Shown one piece after another: positions 1 through 13,835 of a DNA stretch of 64,000 nt. The first letter of the stretch is position 1. Every line of letters begins with the position of its first letter. Both the position numbers and the translations under genes were made by a program. The DNA is from Candidatus Giovannonibacteria bacterium (GTDB lineage Bacteria; Patescibacteriota; Minisyncoccia; JACPKW01; UBA11713), in NCBI GenBank assembly GCA_016176285.1, contig JACOXM010000001.1:5812-69811 (forward strand), given 5' to 3'. The notes beneath the pieces are model-generated. The model searched no databases and was not told where the DNA came from. It was given only the letters and a program-made list of their open reading frames with translations.

Positions 1-819
1 GGTCTAATCGGCAGGAATCTGGAAACGGTGAATCTGGGGCTGCAAAAGCCGTATGGGCTGATTCTTTTAACCGGCCCGACCGGTTCCGGAAAGACCACGA
101 CCCTTTATTCCATGTTGCAGACTCTGAATGAAGAAAAATATAACATTGTAAGTTTGGAAGATCCGATAGAGTACAATATCGGCGGTATCAATCAATCGCA
201 GGTGCGTCCGGAGATAGGGTATGATTTTGCTTCCGGCCTCCGTTCTATTTTAAGGCAAGATCCTGATATAATAATGGTAGGGGAAATCAGAGATCGCGAA
301 ACCGCCCAACTCGCGATTCACGCGGCCCTTACCGGACACATTGTTCTTTCAACATTGCACACTAACTCTGCTATCGGAGTCATTCCGAGGCTGATAGACA
401 TGGGAGTGGAGCCGTACTTGCTCCCGCCAACGCTTAATTTGGCGATAGGACAAAGGCTTGTGAGGACTCTTTGCCCCGATTCAAAGAAAGCCGTTCCCCT
501 AAAGGACAGCGTTAAGGATAAAATTGATGAGGAACTGAAAGACATGTCGTCGGAAGTAAAGAAAACTATAGTTTTTCCAAAGGAAATCTATCAGGCGCTT
601 CCGTCTTCCACCTGCCCTAAGGGCACCTCGGGAAGAATGGGTGTTTTTGAGGTCTTATCTATGACTCCGGAACTAGAGAAAATTATTTTGAAATCTCCGA
701 CTGAAGCCGCGATTTTAGAAGAGTCCCGCAGGCAGGGGATGATAACTATGCGCGAAGACGGTATTTTAAAGGTCCTTCAGGGTAAAATTGGTTTAGAGGA
801 GTTATCTGAAACTACATAA
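1..819 (+). CDS. pilB: Type IV pilus assembly ATPase, PilB/GspE family; C-terminal part only, 5' end lies outside the window
   Basis: Reading frame is open to position 1. Walker A GPTGSGKTTT. Asp-box and His-box (LSTLHTNSA) typical of secretion ATPases. C-terminal Cys-containing region (CPDS...CPKG). Confidence 0.85.
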   Translation, partial: GLIGRNLETVNLGLQKPYGLILLTGPTGSGKTTTLYSMLQTLNEEKYNIVSLEDPIEYNIGGINQSQVRPEIGYDFASGLRSILRQDPDIIMVGEIRDRETAQLAIHAALTGHIVLSTLHTNSAIGVIPRLIDMGVEPYLLPPTLNLAIGQRLVRTLCPDSKKAVPLKDSVKDKIDEELKDMSSEVKKTIVFPKEIYQALPSSTCPKGTSGRMGVFEVLSMTPELEKIILKSPTEAAILEESRRQGMITMREDGILKVLQGKIGLEELSETT

Positions 820-824
820 TATTT

Positions 825-1211
825 ATGGCAAATAGTGATAAAAAAATTTTGATTGTAGACGACGACGAATTTTTATTAGATATGTATTCGCTCAAATTTC
901 GTGAAGCTGGTTTTCAGGTGGAGCTAGCGCACGGGGGGGAGGATGCTTTAAAACTTTTGCGCGAAGGATTGGCGCCCGATTTGATTCTGCTTGATATAGT
1001 AATGCCTACGATCGATGGATTTGAATTTTTGAAAATTGCCGGAAACGAAAATCTGAAAAAGAATTCCCGCATTATCGTGCTTTCTAATTTAGGCCAGAAG
1101 GAAGATATTGAAAGGGGAATTTCTCTGGGTGCTGAAGATTATATTGTCAAAGCCAATTCGACCCCCTCCGAAGTAGTTAAAAAAATTCAATCCGTTTTAA
1201 ATAAAAAATAA
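825..1211 (+). CDS. Stand-alone response regulator receiver domain (CheY-like)
   Basis: 128 aa. Acidic pocket ILIVDDDEF. Phospho-acceptor context LLDIVMP. Conserved S/T (LSNL) and K (IVKANS). No output domain. Embedded between pilB and pilT. Confidence 0.8.
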   Translation: MANSDKKILIVDDDEFLLDMYSLKFREAGFQVELAHGGEDALKLLREGLAPDLILLDIVMPTIDGFEFLKIAGNENLKKNSRIIVLSNLGQKEDIERGISLGAEDYIVKANSTPSEVVKKIQSVLNKK

Positions 1212-1215
1212 AAAT

Positions 1216-2298
1216 ATGGCTACGGATTTTCAAGCTGAATTAAAAGAATTGATTCAAATCGTTTTACGCGAGCAGGCCTCTGATTTGCATATATCTGCTG
1301 GGCGCCACCCGACAGTGCGGGTAGGAGGAAAACTAATGCCGCTTGAAAATAGGCCGATCCTTGTTCCCGAGGCGACAAGAGGACTTATACTTGCGATGCT
1401 GGACGAAAATTTACAGGCGAAGCTATTAAGTGAACTTGAACTGGATTTTTCCTATAGCTTTGAAGATAAGGCGCGTTTTAGAGTTAACGCTTTTTTTGAA
1501 AGGGGATTTTTGGCGGCTGCCCTTCGGCTTGTCCCCGTGGGTATAAAAACTTTGGAAGAGTTGAATTTGCCGGAAATGCTTTCAGATTTTACAAGAAAAA
1601 AACAAGGTTTTTTTCTTGTTGTGGGGCCTACGGGACACGGAAAATCAACTACCCTTGCTTCGCTTGTAAACATAATTAATCAGGACCGCTTTGAACATAT
1701 AGTTACGATCGAAGATCCGATTGAATTTCTTTTCACGCAGGATAAATCTATCATTGACCAGCGCGAAGTCGGTTTTGATACAAAAGGGTTTCACAGGGCG
1801 CTCCGCTCTATGTTTAGGCAAGACGTAAATGTCGCGATGATCGGCGAGATGAGGGACCATCCTACCATTTCCGCGGCTGTAACCGCGGCGGAAACTGGGC
1901 ATTTGATCCTGTCCTCTTTACACACAAACAACGCCGCGCAGACAATAGACAGGATTATTGACGCGTTTCCCTCTACCCAGCAGAACCAAATTCGCCTACA
2001 GCTCTCAATGAGCCTTATCGGCATATTTTCACAAAGGCTTGTGCCGAGAATTTCCGGAGGATTAATCCCGGCATACGAAATGCTCATTGCAAACACGGCT
2101 GTAAAAAATCTTATTCGGGAAAATAAAGTGCACGAGATTGATATTATTATTGAGACGAGTTCGGAATTGGGTATGATCACGATGAATAAATCTTTGGCAA
2201 CTCTTGTCGAAAAAGAGGAGATAACGCTCGACACCGCCATTTCCTATTCACTCGATCCCAAGGGGTTGGCTAGTTTAATCGGTAAGCCTAAGCGCTAA
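1216..2298 (+). CDS. pilT: Type IV pilus retraction ATPase PilT
   Basis: 360 aa. Walker A GPTGHGKSTT. PilT-type motifs (IVTIEDPIEF, GEMRD, LILSSLHTNNAAQT). Confidence 0.85.
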   Translation: MATDFQAELKELIQIVLREQASDLHISAGRHPTVRVGGKLMPLENRPILVPEATRGLILAMLDENLQAKLLSELELDFSYSFEDKARFRVNAFFERGFLAAALRLVPVGIKTLEELNLPEMLSDFTRKKQGFFLVVGPTGHGKSTTLASLVNIINQDRFEHIVTIEDPIEFLFTQDKSIIDQREVGFDTKGFHRALRSMFRQDVNVAMIGEMRDHPTISAAVTAAETGHLILSSLHTNNAAQTIDRIIDAFPSTQQNQIRLQLSMSLIGIFSQRLVPRISGGLIPAYEMLIANTAVKNLIRENKVHEIDIIIETSSELGMITMNKSLATLVEKEEITLDTAISYSLDPKGLASLIGKPKR

Positions 2299-2300
2299 TT

Positions 2301-3515
2301 ATGGCCATTTTTCAATACAATGCTCGAACTATTTCCGGCGAGGCAAAATCAGGCCAAGTCGAAGCTCCGAACATGGAGCTAGCGATCTCGGCGCTTCAAA
2401 GGAGGTCGCTTGTAATACTGTCTCTGGTCCCTGCCGAAGATTCCCTGCCCTGGTATAAAAAAGAAATTTTTAGCTTCGGTAGCGGGATAAAATTACGCGA
2501 TGTGGTTATTTTATCGAGGCAGATGGCCACCTTGTTTGAAGCAAGGGTTCCCGTTGTAGATTCTCTGAAAGTTTTATCGAATGAAACTATGAAGCCAAAG
2601 CTCAAGAAAGCATTAACTGAAATTTCGCAGGATATTCAGGGCGGGCTTTCCATAACTCAGGCAATGTCGCGGCATCCCGAAGTTTTTTCCGACTTCTATG
2701 TAAATATGGTCCGTTCCGGAGAAGAATCCGGAAAACTTGAAGAAATTTTTTCGTATCTCGCGGATTATCTTGATAGAAGTTATGAACTTGTTTCCAAGGC
2801 GAGAAATGCTTTGATTTATCCTATTTTCGTTTTTATTGTATTTATCGCCGTTATGGCTTTAGTTATGGTTTTTATTATCCCGCAGGTTTCCAAGATTCTC
2901 ATTGAAAGCGGGGCGGAAATTCCAATATATACGCGGATAATTATGTCGTTATCCGATTTCCTTCGCAGTTATGGGATCGTACTTCTTATGTTAATTGTCC
3001 TTGGGGGATTATTTTTGTGGAGATACTCTAAGACGGAGAAAGGAAGTATGGCCATCGCACGCCTGACGCTTGAAACGCCTGTCATGGGAGAGATATTCCG
3101 TAAATTTTACGTAGCCAGGATTACGGACAATCTCGAAACTTTAATAGTCGGAGGGGTTACGGTTTTACGCGCCCTTGAATTGAGTTCCAAAGTTGTCGGG
3201 AATGCCCTTTTCAAACAAATGATCGAGGAGGCGGGGGACGCAGTGCGGGGGGGCGTGCCGATATCAGAGGCATTCGGCAGGTATAAGGATATGCCATTGC
3301 TTGTTGTTCAGATGATAAAAATTGGAGAGGAGACAGGCAAGCTCGATTTTATGCTTAAAACATTGGCTCGTTTTTATAGAAAAGAGGTGGAAAACACTGT
3401 GGATAACCTAGTGGGCTTAATTGAGCCGGTAATGATAATTTTCCTCGGAATAGGCGTTGCCATTCTGGTCGTTTCCGTGTTGATGCCGATATACAACATT
3501 TCGGCCGTTCTTTGA
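2301..3515 (+). CDS. pilC: Type IV pilus platform protein PilC (GspF family)
   Basis: 404 aa. Two GspF-type repeats each followed by transmembrane segments. Conserved GE.SG.L / GEETGKLD motifs. Confidence 0.85.
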   Translation: MAIFQYNARTISGEAKSGQVEAPNMELAISALQRRSLVILSLVPAEDSLPWYKKEIFSFGSGIKLRDVVILSRQMATLFEARVPVVDSLKVLSNETMKPKLKKALTEISQDIQGGLSITQAMSRHPEVFSDFYVNMVRSGEESGKLEEIFSYLADYLDRSYELVSKARNALIYPIFVFIVFIAVMALVMVFIIPQVSKILIESGAEIPIYTRIIMSLSDFLRSYGIVLLMLIVLGGLFLWRYSKTEKGSMAIARLTLETPVMGEIFRKFYVARITDNLETLIVGGVTVLRALELSSKVVGNALFKQMIEEAGDAVRGGVPISEAFGRYKDMPLLVVQMIKIGEETGKLDFMLKTLARFYRKEVENTVDNLVGLIEPVMIIFLGIGVAILVVSVLMPIYNISAVL

Positions 3516-3619
3516 TTTTGCGCTATTTTATCCACAGTTTTATAAGCTTTTTTAAAATATACTAAATATAAGATGAAACTAATCTTAAAGGTCGTTTTTT
3601 GTAGAAATATTTATTTCAA

Positions 3620-4051
3620 ATGAAAATTTTGAAAAACAAAGGGTTTACCCTGATAGAGCTCTTGGTTGTTATCGCCATAATCGGCATTCTTGCTTCTGTA
3701 GTGTTGGCTTCCCTTAACACCGCGAGGAACCGCGGAAACGACGCTAAAACAAAATCGCAATTAGCCGGATTAAGGACTGCCGCAGAGTTGTATTATGACC
3801 AGAACGGAAACTACGGCGCTGCTGCTACTGCCTGTACTGCCGCAATGTTTATTGATTCAACCAATAAGGTTATCAACTACACGACATCAACTGCTTACCC
3901 GTCTGGAGTTACCTTGGTTTGTAACTCGAGCGGAACTGCATATGCGGTTCAGGCAAACATGTTGAGCACCTCGAACTACTGGTGCGTTGACAGTACAGGA
4001 GCTTCGAAAACCGAAACAGCCGCTCTTGGAACAGCTACAGCCTGTCCATAA
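3620..4051 (+). CDS. pilA: Type IV major pilin (prepilin with class III signal)
   Basis: N-terminus KGFTLIELLVVIAIIGILA with conserved G/F cleavage site and Glu+5. 143 aa. Several Cys in C-terminal half. Confidence 0.8.
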   Translation: MKILKNKGFTLIELLVVIAIIGILASVVLASLNTARNRGNDAKTKSQLAGLRTAAELYYDQNGNYGAAATACTAAMFIDSTNKVINYTTSTAYPSGVTLVCNSSGTAYAVQANMLSTSNYWCVDSTGASKTETAALGTATACP

Positions 4052-4076
4052 GGTTTTTCTCTGGTAAGGAAAAAGA

Positions 4077-4110
4077 AAACCCGCCGAGTTACATGTGGCG
4101 GGTTTTCTTT
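4077..4110 (+). terminator. Rho-independent terminator after first pilin gene
   Basis: Stem cccgcc(4080-4085)/ggcggg(4097-4102), 11-nt loop, then ttttcttt. Confidence 0.6.
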
Positions 4111-4122
4111 TATAATTAAAAA

Positions 4123-4593
4123 ATGAAGAAGGGGTTCACTATGATAGAGCTTCTGGTTGTAATTGCAATAATTGGCATTTTAGCGACGATCATCCTGGCG
4201 GCTGTGACTGAATCAAGGACACGCGCGGCAGATACGAAAGTAAGGGCGCAGGTTACGGGTGCGAAGGGTGCGGCGGAAGTTTATTTTGGTGCTAACTCCG
4301 GATACGGGACTTCTAATTTATCGCAAGCTACCGGTTTAGCATCGTGTACTGGGGATTTATATTCAGATACAAATTCAGGGATGAGATTGTACTCAAATGC
4401 AGCAAACTACCCTGGGGGAACCCGCTTGATTTGTGTGGAGAATCTTAGCGAATTTGCTTTCGCGGCTTCTCTTTCAAGCGGTTCCGATTATTGGTGCGTT
4501 GATTCTTCGGGGGATCCCGGCACTATATCTATTTCAAATCCTTCCAGCGTTACAGCCACAGACGATAGCTGCACTAAACTCGATGCCCGCTAG
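4123..4593 (+). CDS. Second type IV pilin paralog (prepilin)
   Basis: N-terminus KKGFTMIELLVVIAIIGILA. 156 aa. Paralog of the upstream pilin with a divergent C-terminal domain. Confidence 0.8.
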   Translation: MKKGFTMIELLVVIAIIGILATIILAAVTESRTRAADTKVRAQVTGAKGAAEVYFGANSGYGTSNLSQATGLASCTGDLYSDTNSGMRLYSNAANYPGGTRLICVENLSEFAFAASLSSGSDYWCVDSSGDPGTISISNPSSVTATDDSCTKLDAR

Positions 4594-4645
4594 CTCTATC
4601 GAGGTCGGATCTCGATATGGCGGTATGCAGATTTGAGTTTAAAAT

Positions 4646-5431
4646 GTGTATATGCTTTATTTTTGGATTTATTGGTTGATTGTTTTTGTTTTAGGCCTCT
4701 CTGTAGGGAGTTTTATTAATTCTTTTGTTCTTCGCTATAATACCGGTGAAAAAATCGCGAACGAGCGGTCGCGCTGTTTTAAATGCGGACATGCACTCGG
4801 GTGGAGGGAGCTAATACCAATTTTTAGTTTTATTTTATTAAAGGGGAGATGCAAAAGTTGCCAGAGCGTTATTTCGTGGCAATATCCAGCCGTCGAAATT
4901 TTAACCGGACTTGTTTTTTTAGGATTTTATATCGAATGGGTAAATAAATATTCTTCGGGCGGGTACGGGGCGCTCGTTTATCTGTTGTTATTTGCCTCGA
5001 TACTGATTGCGATCTCGTTGTACGACCTAATGCATAAAATAATTCCGGATTCTTTTTCTTATTTTTTGGCCGCTGTCGCCCTTTTGGGAAATTTTATTTT
5101 TTTTAATATAAATTTGTATGAGCTTTTATTAAGCCTTATCCCCGCGGGCTTCCTTTTTTTTCTGTGGCTTTTCTCCAGGGGGAAATGGATGGGCCTCGGG
5201 GATGCAAAATTGATGGTAGGCGGGGGAATTTTTCTGGGTGTTCGCACTAGTCTAGCCGCGTTAATGATTGGTTTTTGGATCGGTGCATTGTTTGGAATAT
5301 TCTTGCTTTTGACTAATCCCAAGACTACAATAAAGAGTGAGATTCCGTTTGGGCCTTTTTTGGCTCTCGGAATCGTAATCGCTTTTTTATTCTCCGATTA
5401 TTTGGATTTGTTAACAATTTTTTATGCATAA
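4646..5431 (+). CDS. pilD: Prepilin peptidase PilD (A24 family aspartic peptidase / N-methyltransferase)
   Basis: N-terminal tetracysteine zinc motif (CFKCGH...CKSC). Multiple TM helices. Conserved DLMHKIIPD and GLGDAKLM acidic motifs. Confidence 0.8.
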   Translation: MYMLYFWIYWLIVFVLGLSVGSFINSFVLRYNTGEKIANERSRCFKCGHALGWRELIPIFSFILLKGRCKSCQSVISWQYPAVEILTGLVFLGFYIEWVNKYSSGGYGALVYLLLFASILIAISLYDLMHKIIPDSFSYFLAAVALLGNFIFFNINLYELLLSLIPAGFLFFLWLFSRGKWMGLGDAKLMVGGGIFLGVRTSLAALMIGFWIGALFGIFLLLTNPKTTIKSEIPFGPFLALGIVIAFLFSDYLDLLTIFYA

Positions 5432-5822
5432 AAAGAAACAAAATAATCTGGATTCAGGCACTTTATTTTGGGGCGGAATAGGGATTTTGCTAATTATTGT
5501 ATTTGTTTTTTCATTCTATTTAAGGAATTTTTCAAGTGATCTTGTTAATCTCAAAATTGATTTCGGTAATGGCACGATGAGAAATTTTCAAAGCGCTTAT
5601 AAACCGGGGTTAACAGCATGGTCATTGCTTCAGCAAGCGAACGCTGTTTATAGTATTCCTATCGAAATCGAAGGCACTTTCAGGCCGAAATCCATCGGGG
5701 AAAGAAAGAATGGGGAAGAAGGCAAGCACTGGAACTTTTACTTGAACGGAAAAATTCAGCAAAAAAGCCCGTTTGAAATTAATCTTTCGGGGGGCGAAAC
5801 AATTCTTTTTAAATTCGAATAG
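5424..5822 (+). CDS. Hypothetical membrane-anchored protein inside the pilus operon
   Basis: 132 aa with a single N-terminal TM helix. No recognisable family. Overlaps the pilD stop by 8 nt. Confidence 0.4.
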   Translation: MHKKKQNNLDSGTLFWGGIGILLIIVFVFSFYLRNFSSDLVNLKIDFGNGTMRNFQSAYKPGLTAWSLLQQANAVYSIPIEIEGTFRPKSIGERKNGEEGKHWNFYLNGKIQQKSPFEINLSGGETILFKFE

Positions 5823-6388
5823 TGAAAGGTTTTACTATTTTTGAAGTTGTAATAACTGCATCGATAATCGCGATTATTTCCGCCGCGCTTTTGGGAAATT
5901 ATACCGTTTTTGCCGCACGGATGAATTTACGACGCGCCGCCCAGCAAATGGCTTTTTCTATCCGCGAGGTTCAGGCCTCGGCATTTGCTGTTCGCGGGTT
6001 TGATCCGGATGGAACGGGCCCCCTGGCGCCGGTTTTTAATGGTTGGGGGGCGAATTTTGACAAAACAATCTCACTTACCGAATACAGGATTTTTGTGGAT
6101 TTAAATGGGGATAATCTATATCAGTCGGGTGAGCTTGTTAAAACCGTGTCCATACCCAACAACGTAAAAATTTTAAATCTTTGCGCGGGCTTGAAGTCCG
6201 GGGACGTAGTCGACGATGATTGCACTCTCTCGAGGCTTGATATTTTTTATCAAAGGCCGAATCCGGACACTGCTCTAAAAGGCAATGGGGCAACCGCATA
6301 TTCCGATTTGGAAATTCAAATCCAGGGGACGGAGGGGTCTGTACGCACGGTCGTAGTTTTAAAAAGTGGACAAATTTCAACTGAATAA
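5822..6388 (+). CDS. Prepilin-like minor pilin (pseudopilin)
   Basis: GTG start. N-terminus MKGFTIFEVVITASIIAII (class III signal-like). Confidence 0.65.
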   Translation: MKGFTIFEVVITASIIAIISAALLGNYTVFAARMNLRRAAQQMAFSIREVQASAFAVRGFDPDGTGPLAPVFNGWGANFDKTISLTEYRIFVDLNGDNLYQSGELVKTVSIPNNVKILNLCAGLKSGDVVDDDCTLSRLDIFYQRPNPDTALKGNGATAYSDLEIQIQGTEGSVRTVVVLKSGQISTE

Positions 6389-6908
6389 AATGGAAACAAA
6401 AAAAGGATTTACGCTGGTTGAAACTATTGTATCGATAGCGCTTCTAACGCTCGCGATAACCGGGCCGCTTTCCGTGGCCACTTTCGCGCTTAGGTCTTCC
6501 AGTATCTCGGAAAATGAAATTGTCGCATATAATCTTGTTGAAGAGGGGTTAGAATACATAAAAAATAAAATTGATACGAATACTTTTACAAGCGGGGCCC
6601 AGTGGCGGGATGGGCTTTCCGAGTGCGAATCTGGAAATGGCTGCGATATTGATGCGATTTCCTGGGCAATAATATCTTGCCCGGGGGGAATTTGCCCGGT
6701 GCTCCGCAGAAGTTCTTTAACCGGATTATATACACATGCCGCGGCTTCCGCAGATAATACGGATACTATTTTTACGCGCAGGATTTTACTTGATAATGTG
6801 CCCGGAGCGGGAAATGACGAGCAAGAGCTCGCGGTTACTATTTCATGGCCGGAAAGGGATTCCACCCATTCTTTTACGATTACCAGCCATGTTTTTAAGC
6901 GAAGATGA
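6366..6908 (+). CDS. Prepilin-like minor pilin (pseudopilin)
   Basis: N-terminus KKGFTLVETIVSIALLTLAITG with Glu+5. Confidence 0.65.
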   Translation: MDKFQLNKMETKKGFTLVETIVSIALLTLAITGPLSVATFALRSSSISENEIVAYNLVEEGLEYIKNKIDTNTFTSGAQWRDGLSECESGNGCDIDAISWAIISCPGGICPVLRRSSLTGLYTHAAASADNTDTIFTRRILLDNVPGAGNDEQELAVTISWPERDSTHSFTITSHVFKRR

Positions 6909-7483
6909 GGCGCGGTTTTACCTTACTCGAAATTCTAATATCTCTCGGGGTTTTTTCTATTGCCGTTTTTATTATTTTGACTGTTCTTTTTTCCGTGTCA
7001 GACGCGCAGAAAAAAACAATTGCAGTTCAAAATGCTCAGGATAACCTCCGTTATGCGTTTGAAGCCATGACTAAGGAAATAAGAACGGGAAAAGTTTTTC
7101 ACTGCGGGACGGGAGGAAGCCTAACTTCCCCGCAGAATTGCGCGTATCCGAACGGAGAAAGCTCCTTCACGTTTAGAAACAGCGCTGGACAGGTTGTTAC
7201 TTATCAAGTGATTTCTAACCAGCTTGTAAAATCTTCCAATGGCACGATTCCGTGCGATCCAGATCCGAATGACGTTACTGATTGCCAAAAAATCACAGCT
7301 ATTGATTTAGTCCTGATAGATAAGATGGTTTTCTACGCGGACGGAACTTTAGGCTCCGACAGCGCGCAATCGCGCGTTACCATTGTATTAGACGGCGAGG
7401 TTCAAGATCCGCGGAATATTGGAACCGCAAAAATTAATTTACAAACCACTGTTTCCAAAAGAGGATTAATTGACCAGCCATGA
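6905..7483 (+). CDS. Prepilin-like minor pilin (pseudopilin)
   Basis: N-terminus MRRGFTLLEILISLGVFSIAV with Glu+5. Stop/start overlap with neighbours. Confidence 0.65.
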   Translation: MRRGFTLLEILISLGVFSIAVFIILTVLFSVSDAQKKTIAVQNAQDNLRYAFEAMTKEIRTGKVFHCGTGGSLTSPQNCAYPNGESSFTFRNSAGQVVTYQVISNQLVKSSNGTIPCDPDPNDVTDCQKITAIDLVLIDKMVFYADGTLGSDSAQSRVTIVLDGEVQDPRNIGTAKINLQTTVSKRGLIDQP

Positions 7484-8013
7484 TTCAAAATAGAGGATTT
7501 ACTTTGTTATTAAGCCTTCTGATTGTGTCAATTATTTTGGCGGTAAGCTTGGGCGTTTCGGATATTATTAGCGGAGAAATTTTTCTTGCGAATACCGGGC
7601 GCCAATCCCAGGCAGCGTTTTATGCCGCGGATGCGGGAGTGGAGTGCGCAATTTATTGGGATACCGTTCACGATGGGTATTCCCAGAGTTTATTTGCAAC
7701 GTCCACGGCGAGTTCAAACACGGAAAATAATGCATGCGCGAGTAAAAATATTTCTAATGTGGGGGGCTGGCAATCTTGTTCTCCTGCTTGTACGGGGCCC
7801 GATGATAAGAAGGAAGGGGTCAGTTCTTTCACTATTACTTTCGATAACGGATCTTGCGCCAATATTAGCGTAACAAAGCGTGAAAACTATAGCCTTGCCG
7901 TACCCGTTATTGAAACTTTTATCCGTTCCGACGGGCATGACCGCGGGGATGCTAACTGCAATGTTTCCGGGAGAGTCTTTCAGAGGAGCCTTACTGCAAC
8001 GATTTACGAATAA
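7480..8013 (+). CDS. Prepilin-like minor pilin (PilX-like)
   Basis: N-terminus MIQNRGFTLLLSLLIVSIIL. 177 aa. Confidence 0.6.
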   Translation: MIQNRGFTLLLSLLIVSIILAVSLGVSDIISGEIFLANTGRQSQAAFYAADAGVECAIYWDTVHDGYSQSLFATSTASSNTENNACASKNISNVGGWQSCSPACTGPDDKKEGVSSFTITFDNGSCANISVTKRENYSLAVPVIETFIRSDGHDRGDANCNVSGRVFQRSLTATIYE

Positions 8014-8028
8014 ATATTAATTTTGTAA

Positions 8029-11842
<3,814 letters not shown>

Positions 11843-11846
<4 letters not shown>

Positions 11847-13540
11847 GCGAAACACGAGTGTGTCAAAATTGTAATAGTGATTTCCAGATCGAACCCGAGG
11901 ATTTTAAATTTTACGAAAAAATGCAGGTGCCTGCTCCGACATTTTGCCCGGAATGCAGATTTCAAAGGCGTCTCATGTTCAGAAACGAAAGAGCGCTCTA
12001 TAAAGACAAATGCGATCTTTGCGGAAAAGATATGATTTCGATTTTTTCGCCGGATAAACCTTTTAAAGTTTATTGTTTGCCATGCTGGTGGTCGGATAAT
12101 TGGGATCCTTTGGAGTCGGGGTTGGATTATGATCCTGACCGCAATTTTTTTGAGCAAATGAAGGAAGTCCAGTTGAGAACGCCGTTCATGTGCTTGATTA
12201 ACGGTTATACTACTTTAATAAACAGCGATTATGTGAATCATGCCGGTTCTTTAAAAAATTCTTATCTCGTGTATAACGGCGATTATGGAGAAAATATTTA
12301 TTATCTTGAGATATTCACCAATATTAAAGATTCAATGGATTCGACAATGCTCGGAGAGTCAGAATTATGCTATGGAGTTATTAACGGCACAAAACTGCAT
12401 AAAGTATTTTTTTCTGAAGACGTTCGAGAATGCCACAATGTTTATTTTTCCAAGAACATGGTGGGCTGCTCCGATTGTTTCGGTTGCATTAATTTAAAAA
12501 ATAAAAAATATTTTATTTTCAATAAGCCTTTTAGCAAAGAAGAATATGAGAAAAAACTTAAGGAATTAGATATTAATTCATATAAATCTTTTTTGGATTT
12601 AAGAAAAAAAACGATCGAATTTTGGAAAACAATACCTCATAAATTTATTCATGAACGATATAATGAAAATGTTTCAGGAGACTATGTGTATGAATCAAAA
12701 AATGCCCATAATATATACCAAGGCCGTTATATAGAGGATGGAAAATTTGCTCAATTAATTACGCTTCCGCCAGTAAAAGACGTCTATGATTATACGGAAT
12801 GGGGCATGGGAGCTTCGCGTATAATCGATTCGATTACAGCTGGTCTTCAGGCGGATAATATAAAATTTACATTTGGTGCATATGATAATGTTATGAATAT
12901 TGAATATTGCATGTATGTGATTTCTTCTTCTAATATGTTGGGATGTATAAATGTCAGAAAAAAACAGTATTGTATTTTAAATAAGCAATATATAAAAGAA
13001 GAATACGAAAAATTGCGAGCTAAGATAATTGAAGATTTAGAAAAAAATCCTTATATAGACTCAAAGAGCAGAATTTTTAAATATGGAGAGTTTTTGCCGT
13101 ACGATTTGGCCCCTTACGATTACAACGAATCATCTGCGAATTGGTATTTCCCGTTTTCGAAGGAAAAAATTACAGAGAATAGCTGGCGCTGGCATGAAGA
13201 AATTGCTTCTGTATACAAGCCGACAATGAAACTAGAGGATATGCCGGACAGCATTCATGATGTAAAAGACGACATTATAAATGAAATTTTTGAATGCGTA
13301 GATTGCGGAAAAGCTTGGCGCGTAATAAAGCCAGAAATAGATTTATTGAGAAGATTTGACCTTCCGCTTCCCAGAAAATGTCCCAATTGCAGATATAAAG
13401 AAAGACTTTCGCGAATTAATCCGCCAAAGTTATGGGATCGGACTTGCGCTAAATGCGGAAAAGCCATAAAAACAAGTTATGCTCCCGAGCGTCCGGAAAT
13501 TATTTATTGCTCGGGATGTTATCAAGAAGAATTTATTTAA
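11843..13540 (+). CDS. Cysteine-rich hypothetical protein, paralog 2
   Basis: ATG at 11843 overlaps the upstream stop (ATGA). Its N-terminus MSETRVCQNC... aligns with paralog 1, so 11843 is the likely start rather than the longer 11822 ORF. Contains an extra intact CxxC...CxxC ribbon. Confidence 0.5.
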
Positions 13541-13541
13541 T

Positions 13542-13835
13542 ATGCTAATTTCTAAAGAAGAAATAAAAAAATTAGCTGAGCTCGCCAGGATACATTTGAC
13601 AGAAGCGGAGGAAAGGAATCTTGAAAAAGATCTCGGGGAGATTTTGAATTACATTGAAAAACTGAAGGAAGTTGATATTTCTAACGTGCCAGAAATGACC
13701 CATGCCACTGAAGTTAAAAATGTTTTTAGAAATGATGAGGAGGGGGAAGGTGCGGATTTATCTCTTCTCTTGGGGCAGTTTCCCGAAAGTAACGACGGAT
13801 ATTTAAAAGTTAAAGGAGTATTTGAGAGAGAATGA
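13542..13835 (+). CDS. gatC: Asp/Glu-tRNA(Asn/Gln) amidotransferase subunit C
   Basis: 97 aa starting MLISKEEIKKLAELARIHLTEAE. The longer ORF from 13479 overlaps the upstream gene and is unlikely. Confidence 0.8.
   Translation: MLISKEEIKKLAELARIHLTEAEERNLEKDLGEILNYIEKLKEVDISNVPEMTHATEVKNVFRNDEEGEGADLSLLLGQFPESNDGYLKVKGVFERE

Noticed and set aside
13479-13541. Longer gatC start at 13479 (MLPSVRKLFIARDVIKKNLFN...)
   Set aside because: It would overlap the upstream gene by 62 nt. The conserved GatC sequence begins at the ATG 13542, directly after the upstream stop.
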